DNA from: Gammaproteobacteria bacterium
GTDB taxonomy: Bacteria; Pseudomonadota; Gammaproteobacteria; GCA-001735895
DNA length: 42,590 bases
Direction: 5' to 3'
NCBI GenBank assembly: GCA_030066335.1
Contig: JASJBV010000070.1
Coordinates: forward strand, 1-42,590
Position numbers and translations under genes: made by a program
Part shown: positions 38,757 through 42,590 of the stretch, in pieces
Layout of the letters: every line of letters begins with the position of its first letter
Position numbering within the stretch: position 1 is the stretch's first letter
Notes under the pieces: generated by a model
Told to the model about the DNA's origin: nothing
Database searches by the model: none
What the model saw: only the letters and a program-made list of their open reading frames with translations

Positions 38757-39700
38757 CCGCCCATTCCCTGCCTGGCTAAAGTCTGCCCCTGCATCAAACC
38801 TTCCAGCGCCGGTTGTGTGGTCGACAGGCATAGATAGCGCGCCGAGATTTTCTTGCTCATCTGCTGCAGGCGTTGTTGATGCTGCTCGAATCGAGCCTGG
38901 TAGCGCTGGCGCAAGGCTTTATCGGCGCTGTCAAAACGGGTTTCCCGCGAACCATCGCTGACCCGGTAGTTACCGGCAGGTGGCAGATGCTGCTCCAGCG
39001 GGTCGGTGATATGCAGCATCACCAGTTCATTATGCCGGCTCAAGCGACTGAGGTTGGATTCGAGCGCATCGCCAAATCCACGGAAATCACTGATCAGGTA
39101 GATCAGACTGCCGGGACGCACCACCTGTTGCAGGCGTTTAAGCGCATATTGGCCGGATGTTGTATCACTCGTCTCCGGTCGGTCCTGCTGGGTGAAGTCG
39201 GCGAGCTGACGCATGATGTGCAGCGCTGCCGGTTTGCCGGTCTCCGGCCGCAATTCCAGATGGCGCTGATCCGCAAACAGCAACGCCCCAAGCCGGTCGC
39301 CCTGCTGCACCGCTTTCCACGCCACCAGCGCGGCGACCCGTGCCGCCAGCACCGATTTGAAACAGTGACGGGTACCGAACAGCATCGAGGCGCGGAAATC
39401 GCTCCACAACAGTACCGGTCGCTCGCGTTCCTCGCGAAACACCTTGCTGTGCGGTTTATTGGTGCGCGCGGTCACCCGCCAGTCCATGTTGCGGATATCG
39501 TCTCCCGGTTGGTACGGGCGTGATTCATCGAATTCCATGCCCCGACCCTTGAATGGCGACAGGTGGTTGCCGGTCAGGCGTGAGCGGATCAGGCCGGGTC
39601 TTTGCCGCAGCAGGCGCGCATCTCGTTGCAATGCGATCAGTTCGGCCTGGCGGAGATATATCGCGGATTCACCATTCATCGCCATCTTCTCAGTCTGCAT
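38753..39700 (-). CDS. DUF58-domain protein (MoxR-associated, VWA-like)
   Basis: 315 aa. SPFKGRGMEFDESRPYQPGDDIRNMDWRVTARTNKPHSKVFREERE is the DUF58 signature. Starts 6 nt after the moxR stop. Confidence 0.8.
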   Translation of the reverse strand: MQTEKMAMNGESAIYLRQAELIALQRDARLLRQRPGLIRSRLTGNHLSPFKGRGMEFDESRPYQPGDDIRNMDWRVTARTNKPHSKVFREERERPVLLWSDFRASMLFGTRHCFKSVLAARVAALVAWKAVQQGDRLGALLFADQRHLELRPETGKPAALHIMRQLADFTQQDRPETSDTTSGQYALKRLQQVVRPGSLIYLISDFRGFGDALESNLSRLSRHNELVMLHITDPLEQHLPPAGNYRVSDGSRETRFDSADKALRQRYQARFEQHQQRLQQMSKKISARYLCLSTTQPALEGLMQGQTLARQGMGG

Positions 39701-39706
39701 ACGCGA

Positions 39707-40675
39707 TCAGGGCACCGCCACCTGCTGGATCAGTTCGTTGATGAAATGGTCGGTGGTTATGCCCTCGGCCTCGGCCTCGTAACTGAGGATGATCCGGTGG
39801 CGTAGCACCTCGAAGGCAATATCCTGGATATCATCCGGGGTCACGTAATCGCGTCCGTCCAGCCAGGCCATGACCCGGGCACAACGATCCAGCGCAATAC
39901 TGGCACGCGGGCTGGCGCCATATTCCAACCAGCCCTGCATCTGCTGACCATAGGCCTGCGGATTACGTGTCGCCAGCACCAGCTGGATCAGGTATTGCTC
40001 CAGCGGCTCGGCGAGAAACACATCGAGTACCTGTTCGCGCGCGGCGAACAGGTCATGCTGGGTCAGGCGCAGCGGCGGTTCGGTCGATTGCCCCGACTGC
40101 TGGCGCGCCTCATCCCGGTTGAGCTGCAGGATCTGCTGCTCGGCCTCGGCATCCGGGTAATCGATACGTACATGCAGCAGGAAGCGGTCGAGCTGGGCCT
40201 CGGGCAACGGATAGGTACCCTCCTGTTCGATCGGATTCTGCGTCGCCATGACCAGGAACAGGGCCGGCAGCTGGTAGGTCTTGGAGCCCACCGTGATCTG
40301 GCGTTCGGCCATTGCCTCGAGCAGGGCCGATTGCACCTTGGCCGGAGCCCGGTTGATTTCATCGGCCAGGATCAGGTTGTGGAACAATGGCCCCTGCTGG
40401 AACTTGAAACTACCATCCTGTGGGCGGTAGATATCGGTACCGGTCAGGTCCGCCGGCAACAGGTCCGGGGTAAACTGGATGCGATGGAAGTCACCCTCGA
40501 TCGCCTCGCTGACTACCTTGATCGCACGGGTCTTGGCCAGGCCCGGCGCACCCTCCACCAGCAGATGGCCATCCGCCAGCAGGGCAATGAGTAATCGATT
40601 GATCAGCCTCGGCTGGCCGACGATCTGGCTTTCGACATATTGTTCTAACTGTTGAAAACTGGCTTGCAGGGACAA
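39707..40675 (-). CDS. MoxR-family AAA+ ATPase
   Basis: 322 aa with a TTG start. Walker A GAPGLAKT, Walker B LILADEINRA, FLVMATQNP.E.EGTYPLPEAQLDRF. Confidence 0.9.
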   Translation of the reverse strand: MSLQASFQQLEQYVESQIVGQPRLINRLLIALLADGHLLVEGAPGLAKTRAIKVVSEAIEGDFHRIQFTPDLLPADLTGTDIYRPQDGSFKFQQGPLFHNLILADEINRAPAKVQSALLEAMAERQITVGSKTYQLPALFLVMATQNPIEQEGTYPLPEAQLDRFLLHVRIDYPDAEAEQQILQLNRDEARQQSGQSTEPPLRLTQHDLFAAREQVLDVFLAEPLEQYLIQLVLATRNPQAYGQQMQGWLEYGASPRASIALDRCARVMAWLDGRDYVTPDDIQDIAFEVLRHRIILSYEAEAEGITTDHFINELIQQVAVP

Positions 40676-40768
40676 TGTAACTTCCTCTTTTTTAAGCAGT
40701 TGATTGGATTATTGGCGAAAAAGATAGTTCCGGTTTGAGAATTTCCAAGACTTTTTCAAGGGTATTTA

Positions 40769-40909
40769 ACCACGAAGGACACGAAGATCACGAAGAATAA
40801 TATATGTGATGCAAGTATTCATTATTGATGCTTACGACTTTGAATAATGACTAGATGTGGGAATAAACATTTACCATAAAACCTTCGTGCGCTTCGTGTC
40901 CTTCGTGGT
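40769..40909. repeat. 141-bp inverted-repeat element: 27-nt arms of phased CACGAAG heptamers around an 87-nt AT-rich core
   Basis: The left arm is ACCACGAAGGACACGAAGATCACGAAG (40769-40795). The reverse complement of the right arm (40883-40909) is ACCACGAAGGACACGAAGCGCACGAAG. 25 of 27 positions match. Each arm holds three CACGAAG units at 9-nt spacing. Confidence 0.6.
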
Positions 40910-40915
40910 TGTGAT

Positions 40916-40945
40916 AAAAAAAAACCCCGCATATGCGGGGTTTTT
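40916..40945 (-). terminator. Rho-independent (bidirectional-looking) terminator after rpmA
   Basis: CCCCGCAT/ATGCGGGG palindromic stem (40925-40940), flanked by A9 (40916-40924) and T5 (40941-40945). On the minus strand the hairpin is followed by nine U. It lies 23 nt past the rpmA stop. Confidence 0.8.
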
Positions 40946-40967
40946 GATGTTCTTGTGGTTGCTGATA

Positions 40968-41228
40968 TCAGGCAGCTGGTACCACGTTGACGAAGGTGCG
41001 ATTGTGACGGCCCTTGACCTTGAATTCGACGTTGCCATCGGCTTTAGCGTACAGGGTGTAGTCCTTGCCGCAACCGACATTGTCTCCGGCATGGAACTTG
41101 GTGCCGCGCTGACGCACGATGATGTTACCGGCTACCACGACTTCGCCACCGAATTTCTTGACGCCCAGTCGTTTCGACTGTGAATCGCGACCGTTGCGGG
41201 TAGAGCCCGCCGCTTTTTTGTGTGCCAT
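40968..41228 (-). CDS. rpmA: 50S ribosomal protein L27
   Basis: [54 protein letters not shown]...G.V.F. Confidence 0.97.
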   Translation of the reverse strand: MAHKKAAGSTRNGRDSQSKRLGVKKFGGEVVVAGNIIVRQRGTKFHAGDNVGCGKDYTLYAKADGNVEFKVKGRHNRTFVNVVPAA

Positions 41229-41242
41229 GCTTGGTTACCTTC

Positions 41243-41554
41243 CTATGCCTTGATCTTGGTTACTTCGATTTCAGTATAGTCCTGACGATGCCCCATCTGC
41301 TTGCGATGATGCTTTCGCCGACGGAACTTAACGATTTCCACTTTCTTGCCACGACCGTGGGACTTGATCTTGGCCGTGACTGCGCCCTTGTCGAGCATCG
41401 GGGTACCGACCTGGATCTTGTCGCCATCAGCAACCATCAGCACCTGGTCCAGTTCGATTTCAGAACCTTCCTCGCCTGCTAATTTTTCCACTTTGAGCGT
41501 ATCACCCTCGGTGACACGATACTGTTTTCCGCCAGTAGCGATGACAGCGTACAT
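41243..41554 (-). CDS. rplU: 50S ribosomal protein L21
   Basis: [25 protein letters not shown]...[32 protein letters not shown]. Confidence 0.97.
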   Translation of the reverse strand: MYAVIATGGKQYRVTEGDTLKVEKLAGEEGSEIELDQVLMVADGDKIQVGTPMLDKGAVTAKIKSHGRGKKVEIVKFRRRKHHRKQMGHRQDYTEIEVTKIKA

Positions 41555-41591
41555 TCTGATTACTCCAAACCGATCTCGAAAAAGGGCGCAG

Positions 41592-41620
41592 ATTTTAGCC
41601 GCGGATCCGCTTCAGGTCAA
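41592..41620 (-). promoter_or_regulatory. Sigma-70 promoter for rplU-rpmA
   Basis: On the minus strand: TTGACC (41620-41615), a 17-nt spacer, then TAAAAT (41597-41592), ~38 nt upstream of the rplU ATG. Confidence 0.55.
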
Positions 41621-41809
41621 CGTTTTTCTCGGGTTTATCGACTCTCAGTTCTGAGCCTGCGCAAGGCCAGACGCAAAAGCGGTCACAAGGTCGTCATTGG
41701 GTCCGATAACGGTCGTGGTCTGAGCCGGCTTCGGGTTGAATCTGATGTTTGCAGAGTGTCCAGGCCAACCACAGGCTAGCTAATGTTGTTGGCCTCGATT
41801 AACGGCTTA

Positions 41810-42292
41810 TTATTCCCGACAGGCGGCGCATAGACCATTGATTTCAACCACCGCATGCTCAGCCTTGAAACCCAGGTCCTGCGCCAGTTGCATGGCCGGC
41901 AGTTGCTGATCATCCAGCTCCGCCACCCGGTGACATTTGGCGCAGATCAGAAACTGGGCGGTAGTGTGATGACCGGGATGGATACAGGCAATAAAGGCAT
42001 TCTGACTCTCGATCCGGTGCACCAGTCCCTGTTGCTGGAGGAAATCCAGCGCCCGGTAAACAATCGGCGGGGCGATATTGTGTTCGATATCGTTCATCGC
42101 CTGCAGCACCTCGTAGGCCCCCATCGGTTGATGCGAACGCAACAGGATCTCCAGCACCTGCAGGCGGCGCGGGGTCAGACGCACCGAGCGCTTGGCGCAC
42201 AGCTGCTGCGCGGTCTGCAGCAAATGCTGCTGGCAGTCGGCATGATCATGGCGGGTAAAAGCCAGGGCGTTGTCTTTGCGCGAGTCAGTCAT
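41810..42292 (-). CDS. zur: Fur-family zinc uptake regulator
   Basis: 160 aa. ...CAKRSVRLTPRRLQVLEILL...YEVL......PPIVYRALDFLQQQGLVHRIES.N.F..C, then CAKCHRV and GLCAAC (two CxxC pairs). Colinear with E. coli Zur. A Zur box is adjacent. Confidence 0.8.
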   Translation of the reverse strand: MTDSRKDNALAFTRHDHADCQQHLLQTAQQLCAKRSVRLTPRRLQVLEILLRSHQPMGAYEVLQAMNDIEHNIAPPIVYRALDFLQQQGLVHRIESQNAFIACIHPGHHTTAQFLICAKCHRVAELDDQQLPAMQLAQDLGFKAEHAVVEINGLCAACRE

Positions 42293-42311
42293 AATGTTAT
42301 TTTATAACATT
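42293..42311. promoter_or_regulatory. Zur box (operator)
   Basis: AATGTTAT-TTT-ATAACATT has perfect 8-nt inverted arms. With its flanks (ATAATGTTATTTTATAACATTTC) it matches the gammaproteobacterial consensus GAAATGTTATAWTATAACATTTC at about 20 of 23 positions. It starts 1 nt from the zur start codon. Confidence 0.65.
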
Positions 42312-42528
42312 TCCGCTGGCAGATAACTGCTTTTATCCATGTCTCGTCGATTCAACCTGGCCATGAGCATAACCGCCAGGCCGGGTAAATCATATAAAGC
42401 TCCTCTATTAAGGCATAGAGAGATACGTTTGCATCAAATCCGGCCGAGGGTTAATCTGCGCGCCATTTTCGGACATTCCCGCCTGGTTTTAGCGGGTACT
42501 GCAACATTCTTAAACAGGAGGACTCCAC

Positions 42529-42590
42529 ATGATCAAACCTGTCGGCTCAGACGAGTTACAACCCCGTTTTGTTTATGATTCTGAAGAACA
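42529..42590 (+). CDS. sat: Probable sulfate adenylyltransferase (ATP sulfurylase, Sat), first 20 codons only
   Basis: AGGAGG Shine-Dalgarno sequence, then MIKPVGSDELQPRFVYDSEE. From memory, this N-terminus is characteristic of the homo-oligomeric Sat of sulfur-oxidising gammaproteobacteria. Only 62 nt are in the window. Confidence 0.45.
   Translation, partial: MIKPVGSDELQPRFVYDSEE

Noticed and set aside
40769-40909. Interpreting the inverted-repeat element as an integron attC site
   Set aside because: The left flank ATTTAAC fits RYYYAAC, but the right flank GTTGTGA does not fit GTTRRRY. There is no intI gene or cassette array, and the long perfectly paired arms are unlike attC bottom-strand folds.
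40857-41183. Track ORFs 40857..41183 (+) and 40871..41092 (-)
   Set aside because: They run through the repeat arm, the rpmA terminator and the rpmA coding region in wrong frames (FVRFVSFVV is just the translated heptamer repeat). They are artefacts.
42339-42578. 79-aa Arg-rich ORF upstream of and overlapping the sat start
   Set aside because: No SD and a basic low-complexity translation. It overlaps the well-signalled sat initiation region (AGGAGG-N6-ATG), so it is more likely part of the sat 5' leader.

Overview
This 42.6-kb window looks like chromosomal core DNA of a gammaproteobacterium. GC is mid-50s % by eye. The last 62 nt encode an N-terminus typical of the ATP sulfurylase (Sat) of sulfur oxidisers, which is only a weak lineage hint. 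I call 52 CDS, three of them absent from the ORF track: a 5'-edge cbpA fragment, a 54-aa rubredoxin and a 53-aa orphan. Most are housekeeping genes: hsp20-cbpA, a GGDEF/EAL protein, yicC, rph-rdgB-hemW, rpmE, a malic enzyme, hemB, aroE, bioB-bioF, comF, emrE, coq7, ubiA, rubA-rubB, proB-obg, rpmA-rplU and zur. I saw no tRNA, rRNA, CRISPR array, transposase, integrase, phage gene or recognisable defence domain (nuclease, helicase, RT, TIR or SIR2), so I cannot point to a convincing new system. The best candidates for a second look are listed here. (1) A tight trio of DnaA boxes, two of them perfect and inverted, plus a fourth box, lies in a 0.5-kb AT-rich gene-free gap between hemW and rpmE. 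(2) A 141-bp element with 27-nt inverted arms built from phased CACGAAG heptamers lies between the rpmA terminator and a MoxR operon. (3) An ~8.3-kb block splits the usually contiguous rplU-rpmA-obg-proB cluster. It carries a 209-aa orphan, a VOC gene and a six-gene MoxR/DUF58/DUF4381/VWA/VWA-TPR/BatD operon whose VWA-TPR protein has an 86-codon, 56% glutamine tract. (4) A co-directional five-gene cluster (HAD, GNAT, a 338-aa Cys-rich orphan, an orphan solute-binding protein and a small orphan) has no assignable function. (5) A near-consensus Zur box abuts the zur start codon, which suggests a leaderless, autoregulated mRNA. (6) A low-GC two-gene islet lies between the ubiquinone genes. Hand-derived coordinates were anchored to ORF-track boundaries where possible. 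Unanchored ones may be off by 1-2 nt.
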